Part shown: positions 31,673-42,095 of the stretch, in pieces
Numbering within the stretch: the first letter of the stretch is position 1
Layout of the letters: each line of letters begins with the position of its first letter
Assembly (NCBI GenBank): GCA_963790965.1
Contig: CAWBQO010000002.1
Coordinates: 1 to 64,000 of the forward strand
DNA length: 64,000 nucleotides
Reading direction: 5' to 3'
Source: an uncultured Bacteroidota bacterium
Lineage (GTDB): Bacteria > Bacteroidota > Rhodothermia > Rhodothermales > DASSAV01
Notes under the pieces: model-generated
What the model saw: only the letters and a program-made list of their open reading frames with translations
Told to the model about the DNA's origin: nothing
Databases searched by the model: none
Program-made: the position numbers and the translations under genes

Positions 31673-32032
31673 CTACGACTGGAGTTGCGTGACAGTCGAC
31701 GCGATTTCGCTTTTGGTCGGTACGCCGGAGAACTCGAACATTCTGTCCCCGACACCGAAGGCATATCTCTGGTAGGAGACGTCGACGTGAATCCAGCATT
31801 CGACATCGCTGTCTGTCGCCTCAGACTCGGCTTCACCTGTATTCTCTCCGTGCTTCAGCACGTCGAGCAGGTACTCTTCGATACGTGGCGCATTTGCGAT
31901 TCGCAAGAGATGATCGGCAGCGACGTTGTCCAACACGTCTGCTGGGGTCCCGTACCCTTCGCCAACGAGATAGAACTCGCCGTCGTATTCGTGTGACTCG
32001 ACCTGGACACAGAGTGCGTACGTCTCAGCCAT
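31673..32032 (-). CDS. small hypothetical protein
   Basis: ORF 31673..32107; likely start at the internal Met (MAETYALCV…); acidic. Confidence 0.3.
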   Translation of the reverse strand: MAETYALCVQVESHEYDGEFYLVGEGYGTPADVLDNVAADHLLRIANAPRIEEYLLDVLKHGENTGEAESEATDSDVECWIHVDVSYQRYAFGVGDRMFEFSGVPTKSEIASTVTQLQS

Positions 32033-32139
32033 ATCGGTAGTTCCGAAGTACCACCTATCAGACTGTCTGTTGAAGAGACGACCCGCCAGTGGCCGCGTCG
32101 TGAACAAGATTTAGTCGGAATGGCTCGCAACCACTGTAT

Positions 32140-33111
32140 ATGTCTTTCACTGCCAGCTGGCACACGCTTCTCGATGAACTTGACGACCTCCCCGAGAGTG
32201 CGACGCTCATCACGCCGCTCTCCCATCAGCGATTTCGTATTGCTGACGTGCAGGACGCTCGCGTCATCATTCAGTTCGAAGACAGAGATGAGACGCGGCC
32301 GCTCCAGCGCGACCAGTTCGAAACGCTCTATCGACGAATCGAGGACGCTCCCGACGGGTTTGACCTTGACCGTCTCCCGCCGGATGCCGATCCGTACCCG
32401 ACGGTGTGGAGTGTCCATCCACGATTCGAGATCGATGAGGACGCTGGCATCATCACACAATCAGCGGTTGCGACGGCAACGCAGGTGATGGGTGCAGAGC
32501 AGGAACCAACGGACGAGGAACGAACTGAACCCGACGGACTTGATGTGTACTCGGACACGCTCCTCCTCATCGATGCACTCGAACGTCACGATGTGACTGA
32601 CCTCTCCGAACTGGAGACGGACGCGTTGGTGAATCTCTACACCCTGCTTTCGGATGTCCAGCGAGATGCTAACGAATTCCGCAAGGAGATCGCGGATGTC
32701 CTCCTCGCTCGACTCCATCATGACCGTCCGGTTTCCGGGCAGTATGGCTCCGTCCAACGGACGAGTCGCCGTAACCGCTCGCTCAAAGACGACGAGGAGG
32801 TGCTGGAACGCCTTGAGAACGCTGGCATCGACCGCGAACGTGTGCTGAGCGTCGACCGCTCGAAAGTCGATGAAGCGCTTGAAGTCACCACACTCTCCGA
32901 ATCCGATGTGTATGAGGTCGAAGAAAGCGAATACGTTCGCAAAGCAGAGGTCGATGAAGACGTCAAAGAGTCCCGATTGCAGGGGTTGAAAGACCGCCTT
33001 GCTGTCAGCGAGGACGACGAGGCGAACCAGCTCCGAGCGGAGATCGAGGAGCTCGAACAGCGTATCAACGATCTCACCAGCTTCCGCACGGGAGCGGAGA
33101 TGCAGGGATGA
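32140..33111 (+). CDS. hypothetical protein (323 aa), acidic, C-terminal coiled coil; 4-nt overlap with the downstream gene
   Basis: ATGA overlap with 33108 start suggests translational coupling; no recognised domain. Confidence 0.4.
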   Translation: MSFTASWHTLLDELDDLPESATLITPLSHQRFRIADVQDARVIIQFEDRDETRPLQRDQFETLYRRIEDAPDGFDLDRLPPDADPYPTVWSVHPRFEIDEDAGIITQSAVATATQVMGAEQEPTDEERTEPDGLDVYSDTLLLIDALERHDVTDLSELETDALVNLYTLLSDVQRDANEFRKEIADVLLARLHHDRPVSGQYGSVQRTSRRNRSLKDDEEVLERLENAGIDRERVLSVDRSKVDEALEVTTLSESDVYEVEESEYVRKAEVDEDVKESRLQGLKDRLAVSEDDEANQLRAEIEELEQRINDLTSFRTGAEMQG

Positions 33112-33992
33112 CTGCCTACCGCTTTCGCGTCAAGTTCGACCCCGATCCGACGTCACTGTGGCGGGATATCGTCGTCGGCGCGGACAGAACGATCGCCGAG
33201 TTCCAGTCGGCTATCAACCCTGCGGTCGGGCTCGATCAGGGCCACCTCTGGTTCGTCGGCGACGACGAGGACTACTGGGACAGCGCTGTCAAATACCAGT
33301 GTCCACAGGAGTACGAGGAGTCGCCTGGTGGCGATCCGGTATTGCGTACCGAGCGGATCGAGAACGCAGGCGACGTGACGGTCGGTGAGATGACCCGCCA
33401 GCTCGGACTCGAACAGTACGATCGCATCTGCTATCTCTACGACTACGGCGACGAATGGCGGTTCTACGCCATCTTGAAGGAGATTCTCAGCGACGAGCCG
33501 AGCGATAAAAACCCGGAGGTCCTGAAAGAGAAAGGCGAGTCCATCGGCGACCAGTACGACGCGTCAGGAACCGCTGAAAGTGATTCGCCACTTCCAGATC
33601 CACTCTATTCAGTGCTTCCTGAAACAGCGGTTCCCGTTGCGGATCTTCGTGAGTTGGAGAAGCGAGATGATATCGTCCACGTCATTCCATTACTCAGTCT
33701 CGAAACGGGGTTCGGGGCGGTCTGCGAGCGGTTCGCGATTCAGTTCGAAGAGAGGGGATACGTCCTCGAAAACTTCCAGCCGGGGTGGCAGGTCGTCGAG
33801 GAGGTTGACGGAGCAGACAAGACGGAGGAAGAACTCCTCGCGGCCCTTGCGGACGCAGTGCGCGAGTGGCACGCTGAAATCGCGGAGATCTCGGGAGCGA
33901 TGACGGGACAGCATTTCGACGAGGAGACTGTCGAAGCGATGCACGTCGAACTGGAAGCGGAACTCGAACGCAAGGGATACGGCCACCTGTAA
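33108..33992 (+). CDS. pRiA4b ORF-3-like (PF07929-type) domain protein
   Basis: YRFRVKFDPDPTSLWRDIVVGADRTIAEFQSAI…GHLWFV and YLYDYGDEWRFY motifs, the hallmarks of the plasmid pRiA4b ORF3-like fold. Confidence 0.55.
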   Translation: MTAYRFRVKFDPDPTSLWRDIVVGADRTIAEFQSAINPAVGLDQGHLWFVGDDEDYWDSAVKYQCPQEYEESPGGDPVLRTERIENAGDVTVGEMTRQLGLEQYDRICYLYDYGDEWRFYAILKEILSDEPSDKNPEVLKEKGESIGDQYDASGTAESDSPLPDPLYSVLPETAVPVADLRELEKRDDIVHVIPLLSLETGFGAVCERFAIQFEERGYVLENFQPGWQVVEEVDGADKTEEELLAALADAVREWHAEIAEISGAMTGQHFDEETVEAMHVELEAELERKGYGHL

Positions 33993-34030
33993 TTTATCTC
34001 GCAACGGTCTATCGAAGAGAACGAGTTCTT

Positions 34031-35902
34031 GGCTGTGAAATGTCCAGTGTCTCGCAGTGGCACCAACCAGTGAGTCTCGCCGGAGTGTCTTTCGTCGGAT
34101 CGCTCGGAAATCGCACGTCGAGTGGCCGGCGTATGACTCGACCCCGTTGTATGACCGGAGTTCGCTAACTGGACTGGAGTCGGACCTTCGTACTGTGTCG
34201 GAAGCGTGGTTCGATCACGACGCCCATACCTCCGTTGAGCTGTTCGTCTGTACGGTTCCGCTGGCCTACTTTCGATTCGATCCTCACGATCGCTACGCGA
34301 ACTCGACACGCTACGAGATGGACACGCTCTTTCGCCTGTTCGTGCTGAAAGAACTCCACGGGTGGGACCACGAGACAGCACTCGTTGAGTACCTCAAACG
34401 TCGATCTGTTATCCGTGAGCAACTGGGTATCGAATTGATTCCCGATCAGTCGACGCTGTGGCGAAGCTGGAACACACGCTTCACGAAAGAGCTCCGCGAG
34501 ACTATCGAAACGGTTGCTCGAACGATCCTCATCACCGCTCAGAACGCGGGTATCACGGTCCCGCGTGAACCGGACCGGACGCTCCGGCACCACGATACTG
34601 AATCCGATCAGTCCAACCCAGACAATAGGATCGTTCTCGACCAAGCGAGCGAGATCACTGACCACGTCTGTCGCATCATCTTCCCCACGTTCTCGCTTAA
34701 TCGTAGTGAGGGCTGTGAGATCCCCGAAAATGCGTATTGGGATTTGCAAACGTATCTCGGGTTGCGAGAGAATCTCGCCGTGAACGAAGGAGCTCGAAGT
34801 TTCATCCACGAGTCAACTCGCGACCGGACTCCAATGGGACACGCACATCGTGACCATCTTCGTGATCTTTCGATCGAACAGATTCGAGAGATGTATCGGC
34901 AAGCGGTAGGCCGCCTCTTAGAAGAGGTCGCCGCGACGGAGGCGTTCTATCGTGCCGGAATCGTAGCGATCGATATCACTGAAGACGATCCCTTCACAGG
35001 TGACCGCACCGGCCACGAAGACGAGATCATCGGGACGAAGGAGAAGAACGACGAGTACGCCTACCAGTGGGCGACAGTTCAGTTGGTCGGGAATGCCGTC
35101 CCAATGGTGCTGGACGCACGTCCGGTCCGAAAGGGTGAGACACGATTAGAAATCGTCGAGGATCTGCTCGACTCTGCCGAGGACCTCGTTCATGTGGATA
35201 ACGTGCTGATGGACCGGGAGTTCGATAGTCAGCACGTTCTGGAGATGATCAGCCAGCGCGGGCTCTCGTATGTCGTGCCCAAGCGGATGCAGACAAGTGA
35301 GAGGGCTCAGGCCAAGCGGTTGCTTCGATATGATCAGGATCGGTACGAGACCGACCGCAAACTCCATCTCGGCGACAACGAGTGGCACTCAACGACGCTG
35401 ATATACCGTCGAAAGGAGAACTCCGAGCACAACGATCATCGGCAGTATTCAGTGTTCATGACGAATTGCGGGAGTGGTCTCCTCACGGAGTACGGCTACA
35501 GGTGGGAGATCGAGAGCGGCTACAGATCAATAAAGCGGTTCATGGCGGCGACGACGTCGAAGGATTTCGGGCTTCGATTCTTCTACTTCGCGTTTGCGTG
35601 TCTGCTGTACTCGATCTGGCGCGCCGTCGATTTACTCGTCCAGGTTGAGTTAACTGGTGAGTACGAGCACTCGCCCTTGGTGACGGCAGATAATACACTG
35701 ACGCTGCTGAAGAAGGAGACAGGAATCGGGTAGAGAGACGCTCAGCCTGGGTAGCGCGCCGTCTGAGTGGCTACACTGTTGGTACACTGTTGGATGTCTC
35801 GAAAATTCGCCCTTACAATTGGAAGTATGACAAGAATGGTCGCTTGGAGAGATTTGAGGTAGTTTCCGCTGACCGAATCGGCCAAATTCACACATTACAG
35901 CC
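34031..35902 (+). mobile_element. IS4-family element; boundaries tentative
   Basis: Weak terminal similarity ggctgtgaaatgt (34031) versus the reverse complement of cacacattacagcc (35889..35902). Not conclusive, because the right motif is also part of a 43-bp repeat shared with 23714..23756. Confidence 0.3.
34057..35733 (+). CDS. IS4-family (ISH-type) transposase, 558 aa, GTG start
   Basis: DDE_Tnp_1-type C-terminus YGYRWEIESGYRSIKRF; DDE candidates in …IVAIDITE… and …VHVDNVLMDREFD…. Confidence 0.7.
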   Translation: MAPTSESRRSVFRRIARKSHVEWPAYDSTPLYDRSSLTGLESDLRTVSEAWFDHDAHTSVELFVCTVPLAYFRFDPHDRYANSTRYEMDTLFRLFVLKELHGWDHETALVEYLKRRSVIREQLGIELIPDQSTLWRSWNTRFTKELRETIETVARTILITAQNAGITVPREPDRTLRHHDTESDQSNPDNRIVLDQASEITDHVCRIIFPTFSLNRSEGCEIPENAYWDLQTYLGLRENLAVNEGARSFIHESTRDRTPMGHAHRDHLRDLSIEQIREMYRQAVGRLLEEVAATEAFYRAGIVAIDITEDDPFTGDRTGHEDEIIGTKEKNDEYAYQWATVQLVGNAVPMVLDARPVRKGETRLEIVEDLLDSAEDLVHVDNVLMDREFDSQHVLEMISQRGLSYVVPKRMQTSERAQAKRLLRYDQDRYETDRKLHLGDNEWHSTTLIYRRKENSEHNDHRQYSVFMTNCGSGLLTEYGYRWEIESGYRSIKRFMAATTSKDFGLRFFYFAFACLLYSIWRAVDLLVQVELTGEYEHSPLVTADNTLTLLKKETGIG

Positions 35903-35930
35903 CCGCTAAACCCAGTGTAGTCTCAACTTC
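35888..35930 (+). repeat. Copy 2 of the 43-bp intergenic repeat
   Basis: See 23714..23756; flanking similarity extends ~15 bp upstream. Confidence 0.5.
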
Positions 35931-37086
35931 ACACCGAAGAAATTGTCTATCGCAATATACAGTATATAGAATCGGATTACAGTGGCTTCGTGCTCATAAC
36001 CTATGAATTCGGCCATATTCGAGTTTAGCCAATCACTATGTATTACCCCTGTTGTACACAGTAGATTTAGGTGGGTCCCCGCTGTCGGTCACTCACGAAC
36101 GATGGAACCCACTGAAGACGACTCTACCCCAAGGGAAAATCCGAATCAAGACCGCCATCTAGCAGTATCTCGACAGCGTAGAGGCTGGCAACTCTCGGAA
36201 GAACTTCTAATCTACGCTGGTAGCGTGGCAGCACCTTTACATTAAGAATATGAAATGATGATCTTCTAAAATTTGGATATTTGTTAATATCTACGGTGCG
36301 TTCAGGACCATAATAGTTTTTTAACGGTTTCTAATTGGAAATGAGTTCTTAAGTGTACAAAAATGGATGCTTATATACATTACAACTTTGTCTGGCTGAG
36401 GAGTTCCTTGAGACAAATCCAACGAAGGAAATGTGGGCCACGGACGAAATCTCAAAAGACCTTGACGATGCAGATCGTCAGTTCTGGTAGCAAGAGGGAC
36501 GGCCCCAATCCTGTATGATATAGACAAGAATACACAATATCGTAAGGTGAAAATACAAACATAACAAATACAATATAATTCTTGATCGGTCAATTATCTA
36601 TTTCTAGCCCCTCAGGTACCCAGGGAATAGAGGTGTTCGAAGGACCCTCAGATTAAAATCAGACTAGCATCTCAGGGGTAATTTGGAACATGATATCGGT
36701 GCCTTTTGGTCTTCTTTCTTCACCGACGAGTGGCCAGTCTCTCCGAGTGCACACACGCATCCAGTATCGTGCCGTACGCATTCACCGGTCCCAACAGGTG
36801 TTCTGAATGAGAAGGTTGAGAGAATTATCAATAATTAGTAAATAGAGGTTATGATGTGAAAGCACAATATTACCTCACCGAACAGCACTCGGAACCTTAT
36901 TAGGACTACTCCAATCATCTGAGGAGCAATGAACGATGTCAGACGCCATATATTTCGAACAAATTTCCGATATTAGGGCCAAAATTGTGGACAATAACGA
37001 GGTTAACAAGACTATTTGAGGTGATATTTTGATTTCCAAGCGGTTGGGCATCAATTTAAGGGTGAAACATCACTTGAACCAGACTA

Positions 37087-38361
37087 CTAGTATTCAATGC
37101 GGGTGATCTCTTCGACAGGCCATTCGCTGAGGATCTCAACGCCGTTCTCTCGGACGACAACCATCTCTTCGACGCGGACCCCCTGACGATCGGCTGGTTG
37201 CATTGTCTCAACGGCCATTGTCATGCCTTCCTCAATTTCGATAGGGTGTTCAGGTGAGAGACCACGCCAGATGAGTGGTTCCTCGTAAAGTTGGAGACCA
37301 AGCCCGTGCGCCCAATGATTAGTAGTCATTTGCCAGAATTCGTCGGCATCATACCACTCCATGTGTTCACCCTCTTCGTCTGGGAATCCTTGAGAGATCT
37401 CATCCGTAGTCGCTCCGGGTTCAATCCGTTCGAGAACGTTATAGAGATCATTCCGAGCGGTCTCGTATGCATCCTTTTGGGCTTGGGTGGGTTCGCCGAT
37501 ACTAAATGTGCGATAGTAGCACGAGCGGTAGCCGAGGTAGCCGATGTTGTAGAAGTCAGCGTAGACCAGATCACCGGGTCGGATCATCCGGTCGGTCGTG
37601 TTCGCCTGGTGTTTCGGCCACGTGTTCGGCCCCGATGTAAGGTAACCGCCCTGCACCATCGCGCCGTGTCGCCAGAGTTCACGCGTCGCCTCGCCCCACA
37701 CCTCTGACTCGCGCATGCCGGGCTTGGCTCCGTCTTTGATGGCCTGGAAGCCGGCCTCACAAATCGCTGCGACCATCCGAAGACATTCAATTTCGTCACG
37801 GGTTTTGATCTTACGAGCATCGTGCATCAGATCAATGCACTCGGTCGTTTGGATCTCGATATCATTCTTCCCGAAGGCATTGATCAGGCCCTGATTTCCG
37901 ACATCAAGTCCTAGGGGTTCTTTTCCGACGCCGTACTCTACCATAGCCTCAGTGACAATATCAGCCATCTTCTGTTTCAACCAACTCCGAGCAGAATCAC
38001 GTCCACTGGCGCGTGGTACATTGCCGAGTCCAGGTACGGCATATCGGATGTCGGTGAGCCATGGACAATTGAACCGCTGATTACTTGCATGGTCTGCTGT
38101 GTCCCAGTGGACAATGTCCCCGTTCTCCGTGAGTAAGGTGTAATGATCCGCGCCTGACCCACCAGTCATCGCGAGTCCTGTGACATACCTGATGTTCGGA
38201 TCAGAAACGAGCAATAGGCTCCCAAGATCAGAATCTTGTAGTCGCGAGAGAATCTTCTCATAACGCTCCTCCCGGAGGCGTTTCACATTGATTCGTTCCT
38301 CCCAATCGACAGCCTGCATGCCGCGTGTTCCTTCCATGAAGGATCTCTGATAGAAACTCAT
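37087..38361 (-). CDS. M24-family metallopeptidase (creatinase/prolidase-type, with creatinase-like N-domain)
   Basis: 424 aa; N-terminal creatinase_N-like region; pita-bread fold motifs (…DFYNIGYLGYRS…, HGLGLQLYEEPLI…, …EEGMTMAVE…). Confidence 0.7.
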   Translation of the reverse strand: MSFYQRSFMEGTRGMQAVDWEERINVKRLREERYEKILSRLQDSDLGSLLLVSDPNIRYVTGLAMTGGSGADHYTLLTENGDIVHWDTADHASNQRFNCPWLTDIRYAVPGLGNVPRASGRDSARSWLKQKMADIVTEAMVEYGVGKEPLGLDVGNQGLINAFGKNDIEIQTTECIDLMHDARKIKTRDEIECLRMVAAICEAGFQAIKDGAKPGMRESEVWGEATRELWRHGAMVQGGYLTSGPNTWPKHQANTTDRMIRPGDLVYADFYNIGYLGYRSCYYRTFSIGEPTQAQKDAYETARNDLYNVLERIEPGATTDEISQGFPDEEGEHMEWYDADEFWQMTTNHWAHGLGLQLYEEPLIWRGLSPEHPIEIEEGMTMAVETMQPADRQGVRVEEMVVVRENGVEILSEWPVEEITRIEY

Positions 38362-38541
38362 ACATGATTAAAGAGTGTGAACACCCATAAATTACCACTG
38401 GTACCGGCGGTTCGCTCATAGAGTCGCTAACTTTTCTATCAGGCTGTTCAGCAAGTCAGCACCTATTCAGTCTATTTGAACTCTCAAATATTATTAAGAC
38501 CTTAGTTTTATTACTTCGTAGGACTCTACAGTATTTGTCAT

Positions 38542-39276
38542 ATGTTCAAGCACGTTGCACTGTTAGTGCGACAGAGAGGGATGACTCATAACGAGTTCAT
38601 CGACCACTGGCAAGATACTCATACTCCTATTGCACGAGAGATAGAGGGCGTCGTTCGATACCAGCAGGTCCTTCCCACCGAACCAGACCATGCCGAGTTC
38701 GACGGGCTTGCAGAGCTCTACTTCGAGACGCTTGATGACCTCCATGAAGCATTAGGTTCAGAGGGCTCTCGGGACTACGATCCGACAAAGGAGGTCGCTG
38801 CAGAGGCTCGTCGGGATGTAGACAATTTTCTTGATGTCGAACAACGTCCCCGCCTCATTGGTGAGGAACGTGTTGTCAAAGATACTGTCAATGGTGATAC
38901 TGACGGGCTCTACAAGCACTCTGCCTTCTTAGTTCGTAAAGAAGGAATGACGCATGAGGAGTTCCTCGATCATTGGCAGAATACTCATACCCCCATTGCC
39001 AAGGAAATTGAGGGTGTAGTCCGATACTGCCAAGTTGTACCGACCAATCCCGAATATGCAGAATTCGATGGTATCGCAGAGCTATATTTCGAGGATTTGG
39101 ATAAACTCTATGATGCACTTGGCTCGGAGGGTTCGCGAGACTACGAAGCAAAGGGCGGTAAAGGAGAAGAAGCTCGAGAAGACGTAGATAATTTCCTTGC
39201 GATTAAGGATCGACCGCGGTTTATTGGCCGTGAACAGCTCGTCAAAAACGGAATCGAGAACGTCATTGGTTATTGA
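38542..39276 (+). CDS. Tandem double EthD-domain protein
   Basis: Two ~115-aa repeats, each with FIDHWQDTHTPIA(R/K)EIEGVVRY…AEFDG(L/I)AELYFE…GSEGSRDY. Confidence 0.55.
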   Translation: MFKHVALLVRQRGMTHNEFIDHWQDTHTPIAREIEGVVRYQQVLPTEPDHAEFDGLAELYFETLDDLHEALGSEGSRDYDPTKEVAAEARRDVDNFLDVEQRPRLIGEERVVKDTVNGDTDGLYKHSAFLVRKEGMTHEEFLDHWQNTHTPIAKEIEGVVRYCQVVPTNPEYAEFDGIAELYFEDLDKLYDALGSEGSRDYEAKGGKGEEAREDVDNFLAIKDRPRFIGREQLVKNGIENVIGY

Positions 39277-39374
39277 GAAGTGAGCCCCAGAGTACGACTC
39301 AGGAGTTAAGTTTCCAATAGATGGTGCCCGTAAAGTACTGAAAATTAGTCAGAAGCGGCCATCAGAGTGGAGAA

Positions 39375-40358
39375 TTAGACTGATTTTAGTCCTTGCTCTT
39401 GGCGTAGGGTATTGATATAGTCTCTAAAACCAGATTGAAGATCATACTCTGGTTCATAACCCAGATCTTCTTTCGCCTTGGTCATATCGAGCCGTTGTGT
39501 CCAGGGAAGTTCCCCTTCATTACTGACTTGAATATCAGCATCCGGTAAAATCTTCTCAACGGTCTCTGCAGCTTTTCGAACAGTAGCTAGTTCACCACGA
39601 ACATTGTAGATCCGTTGAGTCAGATCGGAGTCAGGCGTCACTGCAGCTCGATAGAAGCCCTGTGCGATGTCTGCCACATGTTGCCAATTGATTTCTTGGT
39701 CGCCATAATCCACGGAGAACGACTCACCGAGTGCTGGCTTTTCAACGATGTTCGCAAGGAAAGCCGATCCCCCAGTTTTTCGATAGGGTCCATATGCCAC
39801 GGTGGGTCGAATTGCAACATGAGAGATACCAAATTCCTCCCGATATACGCGTGCTTGGTGTTCGTTGTACTCCTTACTCGCCCCATAGAGGGTGTCGGGA
39901 TAGACAAGATCATCCTCGGTAACCCACCAATCGTTACAGCTGGCATAATTTGAGGGAGGTGCATACACCGCTGCCGATGAAGCCCATGCAACCCGTTTAA
40001 CTTGATCATTGAGGGTTCGTGCCGCTTCAAAGACATTATTGGTCCCTTCAACGTTCACCTGTAGAGCAGATCGTGGGTTGCTCCGAGCGGTGTTGGTTAG
40101 CAGCGCTGCCAAATGGACAATGTGCGTAGCACCAGTTTCTTTGACGGCTCGAATGACATCAGACGAATCACTCACATCACCATGGCGAACTTCGATATCT
40201 GAGGAAACATTAAGCTTCTCTAGGATATCTGTATCAGTCGAGAGATCGTACGCAACAACATCAGCACCCTCTTCGACAAATCTCTTAGCAGTGTATGAGC
40301 CAATGAATCCGGTCCCTCCAGTGATGAGTACAGTAGCGTTCTCCATCGTCGAGTACAC
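39375..40358 (-). CDS. NAD-dependent epimerase/dehydratase (extended SDR) family protein
   Basis: VLITGGTGFIGSY Rossmann motif; ~327 aa as in UDP-sugar 4-epimerase-like enzymes. Confidence 0.7.
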   Translation of the reverse strand: MYSTMENATVLITGGTGFIGSYTAKRFVEEGADVVAYDLSTDTDILEKLNVSSDIEVRHGDVSDSSDVIRAVKETGATHIVHLAALLTNTARSNPRSALQVNVEGTNNVFEAARTLNDQVKRVAWASSAAVYAPPSNYASCNDWWVTEDDLVYPDTLYGASKEYNEHQARVYREEFGISHVAIRPTVAYGPYRKTGGSAFLANIVEKPALGESFSVDYGDQEINWQHVADIAQGFYRAAVTPDSDLTQRIYNVRGELATVRKAAETVEKILPDADIQVSNEGELPWTQRLDMTKAKEDLGYEPEYDLQSGFRDYINTLRQEQGLKSV

Positions 40359-40406
40359 TTTCGGATGAATTCAAGAAAAGTATTGTGCTAAAACGAGATC
40401 TGTTGG

Positions 40407-42095
40407 CTACTCATGGAGTCCACCGACTTTACTATAGAACGATGACTGTAGTGTCTCAGCCATATTCGTCTCACGGTCAATGCGTACATCTACAACTGTG
40501 GGAATATCTGTTGCTTTTGCTTGAGCGAGCTCGTCACTGATCGAATCTGGATCGGTGACGCGTATTCCATTTGCTCCAAAACCTTTGGCGATTTTAACCA
40601 AATCTGTATCGTGGAACTCGACGCCGGGGATATTATTATCCATCTGACGCACCATACCCAACGAAGTGTCATTGAGCACAACGAAAGTGGGTGCAACCCC
40701 ATACTCAACAGCAGTTTCGATACAGGTCATCGTCATTGTGAAACCACCATCACCAGCAACAGCGATAACATCTTTTTCGGTCGTAATGGCCGCTGAGACT
40801 GCAGCCGGACCTGCCCACCCCATCCCACCCACACCACCGGATCCAAAGTATGTTCGAATAGCAGGAGTTTGTAAATAATTCAGTAGCCAGAATCGGTTGT
40901 TGCCTGAGTCAGCTGTAATGATAGTGTCCTCGTCCACAAGGCGACTGATCTCTTTGACAGCGCGTTGTGGGAGAATAGGGACTGCATCAGACATGCAGTC
41001 GGGAGTCGTGAAGTCCTCACGGGCAGCGGCCGCACGATCAAGTGCCCAATCGTTTGAGCCGGATTCTTCGACTGCAAGAGCAGTTAGTGTCTCAGTTGCG
41101 TCACCAATGAGACCTATATCAGCTGGATAGACCCAACCAGCATTCCGAGTGTCAATATCGGCATGAATTATTGTCTGGTCACCAGGACGAATGAAGGACG
41201 CTTCCTGCCAATTCGTATCCATTGGGTTCATTCGGCACCCAACGATAAGCAGAACATCTGCTTCACTCACTGCCCGGTTCGCTCCCTCGTGACCAAATGA
41301 CCCGATCACGCCTGCAGCGCGTTCATTGGTTTCGGGAAAAGTCGACTTTCCAAGATAGGAAGTAGTCACGACAGCGTCATAAGTTTCGGCGACTGCTTGT
41401 AGTTCACTGTAGCATTGAGACGCATGAACACCATTCCCGGCAATAATGACTGGCCGTGAAGCATTTGCAAGAGCCTCCGCTGCAGCCTCTACCTCCTGGG
41501 TTGTCGGTGAGGTCTTCCAGTTTTTTGTCTGTTTTTCTGGTGTCCAAATCGGGGGCACTGTTGGCTTAGGTACTTCATCAGTGATTGCATCACCATCAAG
41601 GATAACAGCAGTTGGCCCCGGACGGCTCGCTGTGGCGTGCTTAAAGGCTAGTTGGACACTCCGCAAAGTCTCATTCGCCGACCGAGGGAACCACCACTCC
41701 TTGGTGATGCTATCCAGTATCTTTGGGAGTGAAAGTCCTCCATAATCACCTCGGGCTTGCTGATAAGGTGCGAGAGTTGAGTAATCACCACGCTCTGAGG
41801 CTTCTGTAAGTACAACCATCGGTGATGAGCCAAGACGAGCTTCCATCTGACCGATAGCACCAAGACTGCCAATCCAAGGTCCCTGTCCGGTGAGAATTCC
41901 TGGAGATTGATGGTATCGACCATACATCTCTGCCATCACGCTCGCTTCACGCTCATCCCGCGGTCGAACGATCTCGATGTCTGATTCTGCAAGTGATTCA
42001 AACAATTCGATGGCCCGACCACCAGGGTACCCAAAGAGATAACTAACATCCAGGTCTTCGAGCACATTGACAATTTCCGTAACACAGTTAGTCAT
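40407..42095 (-). CDS. Thiamine-pyrophosphate-dependent enzyme (acetolactate synthase / sulfoacetaldehyde acetyltransferase-like)
   Basis: Three-domain TPP enzyme architecture; GDGGF TPP-binding motif region (…AVAGDGGFTMTM…). ORF in the track extends to 42149; start chosen at the Met preceding the conserved N-domain. Confidence 0.7.
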   Translation of the reverse strand: MTNCVTEIVNVLEDLDVSYLFGYPGGRAIELFESLAESDIEIVRPRDEREASVMAEMYGRYHQSPGILTGQGPWIGSLGAIGQMEARLGSSPMVVLTEASERGDYSTLAPYQQARGDYGGLSLPKILDSITKEWWFPRSANETLRSVQLAFKHATASRPGPTAVILDGDAITDEVPKPTVPPIWTPEKQTKNWKTSPTTQEVEAAAEALANASRPVIIAGNGVHASQCYSELQAVAETYDAVVTTSYLGKSTFPETNERAAGVIGSFGHEGANRAVSEADVLLIVGCRMNPMDTNWQEASFIRPGDQTIIHADIDTRNAGWVYPADIGLIGDATETLTALAVEESGSNDWALDRAAAAREDFTTPDCMSDAVPILPQRAVKEISRLVDEDTIITADSGNNRFWLLNYLQTPAIRTYFGSGGVGGMGWAGPAAVSAAITTEKDVIAVAGDGGFTMTMTCIETAVEYGVAPTFVVLNDTSLGMVRQMDNNIPGVEFHDTDLVKIAKGFGANGIRVTDPDSISDELAQAKATDIPTVVDVRIDRETNMAETLQSSFYSKVGGLHE

